Source of the DNA: Verrucomicrobiales bacterium
GTDB lineage: Bacteria; Verrucomicrobiota; Verrucomicrobiia; Verrucomicrobiales; DEV007
Length of the DNA: 50,188 bases
Direction of reading: 5' to 3'
Assembly: GCA_017991025.1 (NCBI GenBank)
Contig: JAGNMT010000001.1
Location: 1 to 50,188 of the forward strand
In this document: piece by piece, positions 16,912-27,045 of the stretch
How the letters are laid out: every line of letters begins with the position of its first letter
Numbering within the stretch: position 1 is the stretch's first letter
Notes under the pieces: model-generated
What the model was told of the DNA's origin: nothing
Seen by the model: the letters and a program-made list of their open reading frames with translations, nothing else
Database searches by the model: none
Translations under genes and position numbers: made by a program

Positions 16912-19902
16912 ATGGGCTTCAACGAATCCAATACCGTCGAGCAGATGATCCTCGACGCCGCAACCAGCCTCGGTAGCGGCTCAGGCTCATCCCTCGTTAG
17001 CGAAGGCCCACCTGCGGGCTGGAGTGGTTCCTTGGGCGAGGAATTCAAGCCTTCGCGCTGGACCTACGAGCCTGCCACAGTGCTACCCCGTCAACCCGGC
17101 GAAGTCATGGTGGAGCCCTGGGTGCGGGAGTCGCTCATCGCCCTGAATCCCGAGATCGCTGAACAACCCGATCGTGCAGACGAGGTGATCTACGCTCTCC
17201 GGGCCATCCTGCTCTCCGTGCAGGGCGACGGGCTGGTGCGGGCGAACGAGAACTTCATGGCCTGGCTGCGCGGGGAGAAGACGATGCCCTTTGGCCCGAA
17301 CGGCGAGCATGTGGCGGTGCGGCTGGTGGATTTCACCCAGCCCGCGAAGAACCGGCTGACGGTGACGAACCAGTGGACCTACCAGACGGGCACCGTGGTG
17401 AAGCGCTTCGACGTGGTCTTTCTGGTGAACGGACTGCCGCTGGTGATCGGCGAGGCGAAGACGCCAACGCGCAGCGCGGTGACGTGGTTCGACGGGGCGT
17501 ATCAGGTGAACGAGATCTACGAGAAGGAGATTCCGGCCATGTTTGTGCCGAACGTTTTCTCCTTTGCCACGGAAGGCCGCGTGCTGCGCTACGGCAGCAT
17601 CCGCATGCCCATCGACCTCTGGGGGCCGTGGCGCGATGAGGAGCATCAGGAGGAGGGCAACCTGGGCCATGTCCGCAAGACGGTGGAAAGTCTCCTGCGG
17701 CCCGGCGTGGTGCTGGACATCCTGCAGAACTTCACCCTCTTCGCCACGGACAAGAAGCACCGGCGCATCAAGGTGATCTGCCGTTACCAGCAATACGAGA
17801 CGACGAACAAGATGATCGCCCGCGTCGTGGCCGGGTATCCGAAGAAGGGCCTCATCTGGCATTTCCAGGGCAGCGGCAAGAGCCTGCTGATGGTCTTCGC
17901 CGCGCAGAAGTTGCGGATGCACCCGAGGCTGGGCAATCCCACGGTGCTGATCGTGGTGGACCGCATCGACCTCGACACCCAGATCAGCGCCACCTTCAAC
18001 GCGGCGGACGTGCCGAACATGGTGGGCGTGGGCGACCGGCAGGAACTGCAACGGCTGATCAATCAGGACGTGCGCAAGGTGCTGATCACGACCATCCACA
18101 AGTTCGGCGAGGCCACGGGCGAATGGAACGCCCGCAAGAACATCATCGTGATGGTGGACGAGGCGCACCGCACGCAGGAGGGCGACCTGGGCCGCAAGAT
18201 GCGCGAGGCGTTGCCGAATGCCTTTCTCTTTGGCCTGACCGGCACGCCTATCAACCGGGCCGACCGCAACACTTTCTGGGCCTTCGGCGCGGACGAGGAC
18301 AGCGCGGGCTACCTCAGCCGCTATTCGTTCCAGGATTCCATCCGCGACAAGGCGACGCTGCCGCTGCACTTCGAAGCGCCGACGGTGAAGCTCAAGATCG
18401 ACAAGGCGGCCATCGACGAGGCCTTCAAGCAGATCACCGACGACATGAGCGAGCAGGATCGCGACGATCTCGCGAAACGCGCCGCGAAGATGGCCGTGCT
18501 GGTGAAGAACCCGGAACGCGTGCGGGCCGTGGTGGAGCACATTGTGCAGCATTACCAGACCAAGGTGGAGCCGAACGGCTTCAAAGCGCAGGTGGTGTGC
18601 TTCGACCGCGAATGCTGCGTGCTCTACAAGCAGGTGATGGACGAGATCATCGGCCCCGAGGCCAGCGCCGTCGTCATGAGCTCGGGGCAGAAGGATCCGC
18701 CGGGATGGAGCGTCCACCTCCGCGACAAGGACGCCGAGGAGAAACTGCTCGACCGCTTCCGCGATCCAGTCGATCCGCTGAAGTTTGTCATCGTGACGAG
18801 CAAGCTGCTCACCGGCTTCGACGCGCCGATCCTCCAGGCCATGTACCTCGACAAGCCGATGAGGGATCACAATCTCCTCCAGGCCATCTGCCGGGTGAAC
18901 CGCACCTACGGCCAGATGAAGACCCACGGTCTCATCGTGGATTACATCGGCATCTTCGACGACGTGGCCCAGGCCCTGGACTTCGACGAGAAGGCGGTGC
19001 AGCAGGTCGTGAGCAACATCGACGAGCTGCGCAAGGCCCTGCCAGTGCAGGTGCAGAAGTGCCTGGCCTTCTTTCCCGGTGTGGACCGCAGCGTGGGAGG
19101 CTACGAAGGCCTCATGGAAGCCCAGCAATGCTTGCCGGACAACGCCACCCGCGACAAGTTCGCTGGCGAATACAGCGTGCTCGGCACGATCTGGGAGGCC
19201 CTTTCCCCCGACCCCTGTCTCGGAGCCTATGCGCCGGACTACAAATGGCTGACTCAGGTCTATGAATCGGTGAAGCCGGTGAGCGGCAACGGAAAACTGC
19301 TCTGGCATCGGCTCGGCGCCAAGACCATCGAACTCATCAACGAGAACGTCCACGTCGAAGCGGTGCGCGACGACATTGAGGCCCTCGTCCTCGACGCTGA
19401 CATTCTCGACGGCATCCTCGGCGACGCCAACCCTTCGAAGAAGGCCAAGGAAGTCGAGATCAAACTGATCGCCCGGCTCCGCAAGCACGCCGGCAACCCC
19501 AAATTCACCGAACTCGGCGAACGACTCGAAAAGGTGCGAGAGCGCCACGAACAGGGGCTGCTCAACAGCCTGGAATTCCTCAAGGCAATCCTCGAGATCG
19601 CCAAGGAAGTCGTCGAGGCCGAGAACCGGGTCGATCCCGAGGAGGAACAGGACCGCGCCATCGCCGCGCTCACGGAGCTGTTCAACGAAGTGAAAAACAA
19701 AAGCACGCACGTCATCGTCGAGCGTCTCGTCGCCGACATCGATGCGATCGTGCGGCAGATTCGCTTCGACGGTTGGCAGGCCACCTCCGCCGGGGAGCGC
19801 GAGGTGCAGAAGGCGCTACGCTCAACTTTGAGGAAGTTCCAGCTTCACACTGATCAGGAACTCTTTGAGAAGGCCTACGGATACATTCGGCAGTATTATT
19901 GA
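16912..19902 (+). CDS. hsdR: Type I RM restriction subunit
   Basis: Nuclease FDVVFLVNGLPLVIGEAK, Walker A WHFQGSGKS, VDEAHR, LTGTP, LLTGFDAP, LLQAICRVNR. Confidence 0.96.
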   Translation: MGFNESNTVEQMILDAATSLGSGSGSSLVSEGPPAGWSGSLGEEFKPSRWTYEPATVLPRQPGEVMVEPWVRESLIALNPEIAEQPDRADEVIYALRAILLSVQGDGLVRANENFMAWLRGEKTMPFGPNGEHVAVRLVDFTQPAKNRLTVTNQWTYQTGTVVKRFDVVFLVNGLPLVIGEAKTPTRSAVTWFDGAYQVNEIYEKEIPAMFVPNVFSFATEGRVLRYGSIRMPIDLWGPWRDEEHQEEGNLGHVRKTVESLLRPGVVLDILQNFTLFATDKKHRRIKVICRYQQYETTNKMIARVVAGYPKKGLIWHFQGSGKSLLMVFAAQKLRMHPRLGNPTVLIVVDRIDLDTQISATFNAADVPNMVGVGDRQELQRLINQDVRKVLITTIHKFGEATGEWNARKNIIVMVDEAHRTQEGDLGRKMREALPNAFLFGLTGTPINRADRNTFWAFGADEDSAGYLSRYSFQDSIRDKATLPLHFEAPTVKLKIDKAAIDEAFKQITDDMSEQDRDDLAKRAAKMAVLVKNPERVRAVVEHIVQHYQTKVEPNGFKAQVVCFDRECCVLYKQVMDEIIGPEASAVVMSSGQKDPPGWSVHLRDKDAEEKLLDRFRDPVDPLKFVIVTSKLLTGFDAPILQAMYLDKPMRDHNLLQAICRVNRTYGQMKTHGLIVDYIGIFDDVAQALDFDEKAVQQVVSNIDELRKALPVQVQKCLAFFPGVDRSVGGYEGLMEAQQCLPDNATRDKFAGEYSVLGTIWEALSPDPCLGAYAPDYKWLTQVYESVKPVSGNGKLLWHRLGAKTIELINENVHVEAVRDDIEALVLDADILDGILGDANPSKKAKEVEIKLIARLRKHAGNPKFTELGERLEKVRERHEQGLLNSLEFLKAILEIAKEVVEAENRVDPEEEQDRAIAALTELFNEVKNKSTHVIVERLVADIDAIVRQIRFDGWQATSAGEREVQKALRSTLRKFQLHTDQELFEKAYGYIRQYY

Positions 19903-19939
19903 GCAGCAGCTCGTCAGAGAAAAACTCGAAAGAGATCCA

Positions 19940-20872
19940 ATGCCCTCACACTGCGACATTAACGAACGATGCATCAGTCAGCTTCGCAATGTAGGCCTCG
20001 AGGGATATTTCGCAGTAATTGGTTCAGGGCCTTCAAGTCGCTTTATAGCGAGCATTGAGAAACTAGAGGAAAAGCTGGGATCGCTCGTAGGGATTGAAAA
20101 AAAGCAGGAACAACATTTCTGGGACTACACCCAGGACGTTTTCGATGCGCTGCAAGGAAACACCAATCAATATTTTTCTGCAATTCGAGAAACCTACGGC
20201 GATTCCTTCCAATGGACGGCACGAATTTATGAACAGATCGCCTTTCTTCCAGTAAAGGGCTTTGCAACCCTAAATTATGATGATCAACTACCACATGCCT
20301 TTCGGCTACGCCATGAAGATCGCGAAGCTAGACGCTTTTACCTTTATCCGCATCCCGCTGTAAATTTTCCGCGGTCACTTAGCGACCTACTCAGCGATCA
20401 ACCACAGCTCATAGCACTTCACGGTTACGCTGACGAAAACAACCCCACTTGGGAGAGGGAGATAATCCTTAAGCGGTCGGATTACAACAGGTATTACTCT
20501 GGCCATGGCGCACCCCTCGCGTCATGGTGGCGCGAAATCCTCCTCAACATCCCCTGTCTTTTCATTGGAACAAAGCTTTACGAACCGGGAATCAAACTGG
20601 TTATTAACCAGTTCGACGACCGTGACCTTGAGCGGCTTCGATCACAAAAACACGTTCACCTTGTCGGAGTGAACAAATCCTCGGAGATCGATACTTCAAA
20701 AACCTTCGGTCTAATTGACAGAGTGTCTTACAAAAAGCTCGATAGAGATCACAAAGGGCTTTGCAAAATCCTTTCAGACCTGAACGGACTACCTCCTTAC
20801 TCAGTGCATCAATCTCTCCCGACACCGTCCTCAATTAATCCTGGCTTCGATCCGAATGCTTCTATCTTATGA
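19940..20872 (+). CDS. SIR2-like domain protein (putative NADase effector)
   Basis: VIGSGPS, TLNYDD, LHG, ILKRSDY, LFIG.KL.EP.I follow the SIR2_2 motif order; start uncertain (ORF open from 19865). Confidence 0.8.
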   Translation: MPSHCDINERCISQLRNVGLEGYFAVIGSGPSSRFIASIEKLEEKLGSLVGIEKKQEQHFWDYTQDVFDALQGNTNQYFSAIRETYGDSFQWTARIYEQIAFLPVKGFATLNYDDQLPHAFRLRHEDREARRFYLYPHPAVNFPRSLSDLLSDQPQLIALHGYADENNPTWEREIILKRSDYNRYYSGHGAPLASWWREILLNIPCLFIGTKLYEPGIKLVINQFDDRDLERLRSQKHVHLVGVNKSSEIDTSKTFGLIDRVSYKKLDRDHKGLCKILSDLNGLPPYSVHQSLPTPSSINPGFDPNASIL

Positions 20873-23835
20873 GCCTGCGTGAAAAATTGAACAGAATCCG
20901 ACAGGAGGCCCACTCTCTTGATTCATGCCCTCAACCTGATGTCCTCGTCGATTTGATTGAAGAAGGCAACCCATGGGACCTTATGTTCTTCCGGGAGCTT
21001 CGTGATCCGAGGTGGCTTCCAATCCTCCAGCGGGCGGGCTTCTTTGATCGCTTACCCACAACGATTATCGACCTTGAAGGACGCGAAACCTATCCCTATA
21101 GCTTGCCACTTACCGGACTCTACAACATCGCAGAAACTGCGCCCGTTGACGTAACCCGCACATTGTTGCGTCTAAAACTTACGCCGAACCCTGTCGTCCT
21201 CGATCAAGTTCTCCGAGTAATTGCGAAGATCCAAGATCAAATGTCCATACATTTAGTCTCGGCCATTGTCTGCGTGATTGCCTCAGCCCCCAGATTCTCG
21301 AACATCCTTTGGCTCGAAGAGGTCTTAAAGAAGTGGATCGAGACGAACAACCACGCCACCGCGTTAGATGCCCTAAATAATCTCTTTCTTGCAACGGCGG
21401 GATTATCCCCCAAGGAGCTGTCTCGAGTAGATGAGTCCAGATTACTGGAAATCGATAGTGAGGTTTTTTCAAAGGTTTGCGAGGTCCTCCCGCACGAATC
21501 GGCCGAAGTCGCTTTTCGAGCATTACAAAAGTGGGCTGCATCCCAGAGGACCGACGATGACCGAGACACGTTATCGATTCCACAGAATCAACTCGAGGAG
21601 TGGGGGCCGGATTTTGATAACCCGGGGACCTTCTGGCTTAGGGATTTCACTTCTAGATCCGCGAATGAATTCTCGATCGAGACCACCCTGTCCCATCGTC
21701 TTTACGCGGCAGTCGATCTGGTTTTTAGCCGTGGTCTCGACGTAGAACGAGTCGATCGAATGCTCCGTTCTGATCCTTGGCATTTGTTCCGCCGTCTCCG
21801 CTGGAAGATATATTCCGTCCACCCGGCAGCCTCCCTCGATTGGGCCCGGGAAGAGGTTCTTATTAGGGCCGTCTATTTTAACCGTATCGATCACAAGCAC
21901 GAGAGCGAGTTTGCGGAAATGGTGGAGCGTTTCTCAGAAGATTTTGGGACGGCCTTTCTCAATGAATCTCAGGTTGAGATAATTTGTGAAACGATTCATT
22001 CTGGCCCACTCACTGAGACCGGAACATTGGATGAAGACGAAAAGTATCGAAAGCGATTTTTCCGAGATCAGTTGGCTCCATTTGCGAACCTTTTCGATAC
22101 ACCGCAACTTGAGTTTTATAAGAATCTGATTGAGAAGGCGGGACAAGCGCCCGAATACGATGGTTCATGGAGTGGTGGTACGGTCGAGTTTCGAGAGATC
22201 CGCGAGGCATCCCCGTTTACGGAAGCGCAGCTGTCAGAAATGGAGATCTCAGTCTTGTGGGGCACTCTGAATGACTGGAAGCCGTCTCAACAGCAGAGAA
22301 ATAGGAGTGAATGGTGGAGGGAAGAGTCGGAGCGGGCGCTCGCCACAACCTTCTCAGATTTGGTGTTCAACAATCCCGCTAGATTCTCTTTGGAATCGCA
22401 GTGGTGGACAAACATCAGCCGTCCTTCTGTTTTAGAGCGGATCATTGATCGGGCGACAGATCGGATAGGAAAATCTGAATCGAGCGAGTCCAATGCCACT
22501 CAGTTCTTCGACCATGGAATAATATTTCCCATCTGCCTGAAGCTAATGGAATGCGCGGAAAAATCGCGAGATGAGGCATTGACTAAAGAGGGAAGCAAAA
22601 ATGAACTTTTGAGAGTCTGGGATTGGCCTCGCCTGGCCGTCGCGCGATTTATTTCAACGGCTTTGGAGTCAAAGGAGTTCAAATGGCAGGACTACGAGCG
22701 AGAGTTGAAGTCTCTGCTTCCCGGGTTGCTCGACTGCCGACACCGATCAACACAAACTGCTGGCCGGTCATGGCTTCACGACTGGTACACGACTGCGATT
22801 AATTCGGCATCCGGCATTGCATTCGAAGCGCTTCTTAGGCTAACTCATCGACAGAAGGAATCTGGTGCATCCCTAGAACCATCCTCGTGGGCGCTTGATA
22901 TGGCGAATACGTCTTTGAAACAGAAAGTAGAGTGCGAGGAAATTTATGCGGTTGCCGGAGCACGGCTTCGACTCATGGCATATCTTTTTCCTGATATGGT
23001 GAAAGAGGTAACAAGATTAGGATTTCGACAGGATTCTAAGGATTTGGAATTCATCTTAATCGTATCACATATGTGTTACGACCAACCAAGTCCCCAACTT
23101 TTGGAGCGTGTTCCGGGTCTCCTTGAAGAATCAATGCGCTGTCTTCGAGATTTCTCAGAAATCGATGAAAAGACGGATCATCGAACCCGCGATTTCGGAT
23201 TTCGATTCGGCTATCATTTATCGTGGTATTTTTGGAATAACTTTCTACCTGAGTCAGATGCGGATCGTCTTTTGGATGAGTATTTTTCTACAGCAGATGA
23301 ATCCAGTCGAAGGAAACTGATCAGTCAGATTGCTAGTATGTTTCGGGATGTCGCGAGTGCGGAGGAACAACCCCTTGTCTCCCGCGTCATGAAGCTCGGG
23401 CGCAGGAGATTTTCGGCGATTCAAGAAGCCGTTGAAGCAAGCCCCGAACTGGCTTCCGGATTCAGTGGAGAACTAGAGGAGTTTCTTGACTGGGTGGAAT
23501 GTGACTGCTTTCCGTTCCAGTGGCGAATCGATCTCGCACTCGATGCGACGCGCTATCTCGCGAGAGCTCCCCAGGCATTTTTGCTGTTTGATAAACTTGA
23601 AGAGTTCTCCAGGGACCCTGATAAGCTGCCAAGCGTGCTAGAACTTCTAAGTAAGCTAGTTTACCTCGATTCGAATGAAATGCGGTGGGCCTACAAAGAT
23701 GGGGTGGTTAAAGAGATGCTCGTGCGAGCATATGCGTCCATGAATTCAAGATGCCGCAATCTTGGTGAAAGAATTCAGGAGAAACTCTTAATGGAGGGCT
23801 TCTTTGACTACCTTGATATCGACCCAGGCAGTTGA
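20869..23835 (+). CDS. Large (988 aa) predicted alpha-helical hypothetical protein coupled to the SIR2 gene
   Basis: Long open frame, ATGA overlap with the SIR2 gene, Trp/Leu-rich helical pattern, no P-loop seen. Confidence 0.8.
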   Translation: MSLREKLNRIRQEAHSLDSCPQPDVLVDLIEEGNPWDLMFFRELRDPRWLPILQRAGFFDRLPTTIIDLEGRETYPYSLPLTGLYNIAETAPVDVTRTLLRLKLTPNPVVLDQVLRVIAKIQDQMSIHLVSAIVCVIASAPRFSNILWLEEVLKKWIETNNHATALDALNNLFLATAGLSPKELSRVDESRLLEIDSEVFSKVCEVLPHESAEVAFRALQKWAASQRTDDDRDTLSIPQNQLEEWGPDFDNPGTFWLRDFTSRSANEFSIETTLSHRLYAAVDLVFSRGLDVERVDRMLRSDPWHLFRRLRWKIYSVHPAASLDWAREEVLIRAVYFNRIDHKHESEFAEMVERFSEDFGTAFLNESQVEIICETIHSGPLTETGTLDEDEKYRKRFFRDQLAPFANLFDTPQLEFYKNLIEKAGQAPEYDGSWSGGTVEFREIREASPFTEAQLSEMEISVLWGTLNDWKPSQQQRNRSEWWREESERALATTFSDLVFNNPARFSLESQWWTNISRPSVLERIIDRATDRIGKSESSESNATQFFDHGIIFPICLKLMECAEKSRDEALTKEGSKNELLRVWDWPRLAVARFISTALESKEFKWQDYERELKSLLPGLLDCRHRSTQTAGRSWLHDWYTTAINSASGIAFEALLRLTHRQKESGASLEPSSWALDMANTSLKQKVECEEIYAVAGARLRLMAYLFPDMVKEVTRLGFRQDSKDLEFILIVSHMCYDQPSPQLLERVPGLLEESMRCLRDFSEIDEKTDHRTRDFGFRFGYHLSWYFWNNFLPESDADRLLDEYFSTADESSRRKLISQIASMFRDVASAEEQPLVSRVMKLGRRRFSAIQEAVEASPELASGFSGELEEFLDWVECDCFPFQWRIDLALDATRYLARAPQAFLLFDKLEEFSRDPDKLPSVLELLSKLVYLDSNEMRWAYKDGVVKEMLVRAYASMNSRCRNLGERIQEKLLMEGFFDYLDIDPGS

Positions 23836-23855
23836 CTCATTTCTAGATTTCCTCA

Positions 23856-24671
23856 TCAACTCGCCATCTCGTCCTGCACATACCGTCTGAACTCCCCGAC
23901 TGCCGTGAAGCACCTGAAACCGGCCTGGCTCGCGAACCAGTCGAGGTTGAAGTGAAAGTCCGCCTTGGCCCAGTCCTTCAGTTTGGCCTTCATCGCGTCG
24001 CGTCCCTCGGGCCATTCGGCGCAGATCTTCGCGAGGGCGAGATCGCCTTTGGAGAGCTTGGTGCCGCCACTGTTGACCCGGTTGAAGATATCGACCACGA
24101 CATCCAGCGACTTGTCGGCACCCGTCACTTCCTCGATGTGAAGGTCGATGTCAGTGACGCCAAGAAGACGGCTGAGACGCGCCACGTAGTCGCCAACGCG
24201 GGTGACGTGGACGGGATCGGCGCTCAAGCGGGTAACAAACTCTCCGAGTCCGGCGGTGCCCTTCTTCATCAGTTCCGTCACATCGATCCAAAGCGAATCG
24301 TCCTTCATCTTCACCGGCTGGTAGAACTCGAAGCTCTCAGATTCCAGGTGGAAGCGGAGGCCGGTGAAGGCCTGCGCGTTGCCGTCGAAAAACTTCGGTG
24401 GTCTTCCGCGAACGACTCCGTAGAGTGATGTCATTCTTTGCTGTCCGTCGAGGAGCAACTTCACGACGCCGGCCGCGAGAACTCCATCACCCCGGTGGGT
24501 TGCGCTCTTGGATTCGGTCGCCCAGACGAGGAGACCGCCGACCGGGTGGCGACGATAGAGGGAATCGAAGAGACCACGGACCTGCTCCCGGTTCCAGACG
24601 TAGCCGCGCTGGAATTCTGGGAGGGCCATGTGGCCGCTGTCGATGTGGTCAAGGATGGTGGAGATCTTCAT
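23856..24671 (-). pseudogene. DUF262 (GmrS-like) gene, probably 3'-truncated
   Basis: LPEFQRGYVW, LLDGQQRMTSL, IFNRVNSGG.KL motifs; family-like sequence stops after FHFNLDW (~23940); no DUF1524/HNH part follows. Confidence 0.7.
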
Positions 24672-25042
24672 GAAAGGTCGATTGTTCGTCAGACTGGGGG
24701 GACCGCTGGCAGGTGGGTTTGTTTCGGAGGCAGGGAGCAATGGCGGGATTTTCCCGGGCCCGATGTTTGTGTCTCGTGTGGAGGGCCCACCGAGGGTTTA
24801 GCGGGAGACAAGAGATGGCGCAACGAAAATCCGTCTTCGCGGTCGCGGCAATGTGGCTCTCAATCACAGAGGAAAACTATTACAATAACTCAGGGGTGGG
24901 ACCGCCGTGGGGTCACACTGAGACGATTTTTGAAATGAGCCCTGGTGCTCTCTGGGGGCTGACGGCACCTGATTCAGGTGATTGAACCGAAACGATTGAC
25001 AAGGTGGGCTCTAACCTTCAACTAAGAGGGCCGCCGTGACTC

Positions 25043-27040
25043 ATGAATTGGGATTCTCTCTTGCCAAGCCAGTATAGTTTTTTCGACGCCATTCAATCGA
25101 TGGCTAACGGCGAGGCATTTCTCCAAGGATTAACGGACCTCTTCATCCTTGCCACTTGGTGGCTCGGTGCGGTTGTTTTCGTCTGGGCCTTGATCGTGAC
25201 GGCGCTTTCTTTCTCGCGGACCCGTAGGTTCGAACGAGGGCTGCCCAAACCAGGGGGTGCCACTCGTTTTGAAGAGATCAGGGCGGAATGGGTGAAGAGA
25301 AACGGCTCTTTGGCGCACGCCTTTGATGAGTTGCTGGTCGAAGTTCCACGGCCGGGCGCGTCACTTGAACGTGAACTGAGGCGCACCGGAAGTGCCGAGG
25401 AAGTCTTCAACGAATCGAGTCTTGCCCGTAGGATCATCGGGAACCGACTCTTCATGGCAACCCCAGGGATTTTGACAGGGATCGGGGTTCTTGGAACCTT
25501 TGTGGGTCTCGCCTTGGGTATCGGTGCACTTAAACTCGAAGGGTCCGCTATCGAGGATCTCAATTCCAGTATCCTGCCGTTGATTCAGGGTAGTGCCACG
25601 GCCTTCTCAACCTCGGTCTGGGGGGTGGCCACCAGCCTGGTCTTCATGATCCTCGAAAAGTTTCTTGAGGGAGGGGCGCGTTGGCCAATCCGTCGCCTCC
25701 AGGACCGTCTCAATCGTCTCGTTCCGCGTTATCTTCCCGAGCAAAGCATGATCGACCTTCAGCGGTCTTCGATTGAGTCCGAACAGCAACTGAAAGGCTT
25801 GGCGGTGGCGATCGGAGAGCAGATGCAGAAGGCGCTGGATCGGATCGGGACCAGTGTCACAGAGGCAGTGAAGGAGGCTCTCGGTGGCCAAGCGCAGGAT
25901 CTGGGCGAGCAGAGCGCCAAGCTGATGTCCGAGGTGCTGACCCAAGAGCTGGACAATCTCAAGACTGCGATCCTGGACATGGGCGAGGGATTCAAGAGCG
26001 AATTTGGTGGTGCCAATGCCCAGCTCCAGGCAACCGTTTCCGGCTTCGAATCCGTCGTAACGGGACTCAATGCTGCTGTCCAGACAACCCAATCGTCGGT
26101 CGAAAGTGCAGTCAAGCGGCTCGAGGGACACGAGACTGTGGTCACCGCCCTTGGCAGTGCCGCTGTGGCGCTGGACGATGCGGCCGTGAAACTGAGCGCA
26201 ATGCGCGAGACCTTCGAACTGTCGGCCCAACGCAATGCCGAAGCGGCCGAGGCACAGGAGTCTGCTGCCACCAGCAATGTCGCGGTGGCCAAACAGTTTG
26301 AAGAGATCGGTGAGAAACTGCCAGAGACCCGGGATGTAATCAGGGACGCGGCACAGATCATCGGGTCACTGGGGCAGCCGCTTCTCGAACTGAAAGAGAT
26401 CCTCGCGACTACTCCTGAAGTTTTCCAACAGCAAGCGGAGCGTCAGGCCGAAAATGATGAGCTAAGGGCCACACGTCTCCTGACTCAAACCGAGTCGCTC
26501 GCAAAGGCCGTGGCGGAAGCCGCCGAAAAATTTGCCCAGGTCGAGACCATTGGGGAATCCCTCAGCCGGTCCGCAGAAAGTCTGGAATCGGCGGGTGCCT
26601 CCCTCTCGGCCTTTGGCAGCCAGTTTCAGATCGCCTCCGAGTTGCAGGCGGAGTCCGCCGCCTCCGCGGAAAGAGCGGCTGCTTCAAGCGAGAGAGCCGC
26701 CGCAAGCCTGGAACCCATTCCGGATTCCATTGAAAAGCTTGGAGGCGGTCTCCAACTGGCTGGCGCCTCGATGAAGACCGGTGCCGAGGCGGCCCGCGAC
26801 GCCTATGTAACTCTCATTGAGCATCAGAAGCTCTGGTTCCAGGGGGTGGAAACGGGCCTCATGACCATGCGGGATCGTCTGCAAGAATTAATCGAAGCCT
26901 ACGGACAAACCGTCGAGGGTGTGACTCAGGAACACATGAACAACTGGGTGAAGGCTGTTGAAGAGAGCCTGCAAAAATTCTCCGTGCAAGTGGAGTCGCT
27001 CGAAGGAGCACTTAGCGAATTTAACGAAAATCGCTCGTAA
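25043..27040 (+). CDS. zorA: Zorya ZorA (MotA-like membrane subunit with long cytoplasmic tail)
   Basis: Three hydrophobic segments including TGIGVLGTFVGL and AFSTSVWG, then a long Ala/Ser/Glu-rich helical tail; upstream of a MotB-like gene. Confidence 0.9.
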   Translation: MNWDSLLPSQYSFFDAIQSMANGEAFLQGLTDLFILATWWLGAVVFVWALIVTALSFSRTRRFERGLPKPGGATRFEEIRAEWVKRNGSLAHAFDELLVEVPRPGASLERELRRTGSAEEVFNESSLARRIIGNRLFMATPGILTGIGVLGTFVGLALGIGALKLEGSAIEDLNSSILPLIQGSATAFSTSVWGVATSLVFMILEKFLEGGARWPIRRLQDRLNRLVPRYLPEQSMIDLQRSSIESEQQLKGLAVAIGEQMQKALDRIGTSVTEAVKEALGGQAQDLGEQSAKLMSEVLTQELDNLKTAILDMGEGFKSEFGGANAQLQATVSGFESVVTGLNAAVQTTQSSVESAVKRLEGHETVVTALGSAAVALDDAAVKLSAMRETFELSAQRNAEAAEAQESAATSNVAVAKQFEEIGEKLPETRDVIRDAAQIIGSLGQPLLELKEILATTPEVFQQQAERQAENDELRATRLLTQTESLAKAVAEAAEKFAQVETIGESLSRSAESLESAGASLSAFGSQFQIASELQAESAASAERAAASSERAAASLEPIPDSIEKLGGGLQLAGASMKTGAEAARDAYVTLIEHQKLWFQGVETGLMTMRDRLQELIEAYGQTVEGVTQEHMNNWVKAVEESLQKFSVQVESLEGALSEFNENRS

Positions 27041-27045
27041 GGAAC

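Noticed and set aside
17083-19710. 875-aa minus-strand ORF, and similar long antisense ORFs (10290-11909, 7998-9056, 4594-5952, 36247-37401)
   Set aside because: Shadow frames opposite well-supported high-GC genes; no recognisable motifs
19940-20872. Thoeris, SIR2-HerA or SIR2-pAgo assignment
   Set aside because: No TIR, SLOG, HerA or PIWI partner recognisable nearby
24997-25030. TTGACA upstream of zorA as a sigma70 promoter
   Set aside because: No convincing -10 hexamer at 16-18 bp spacing
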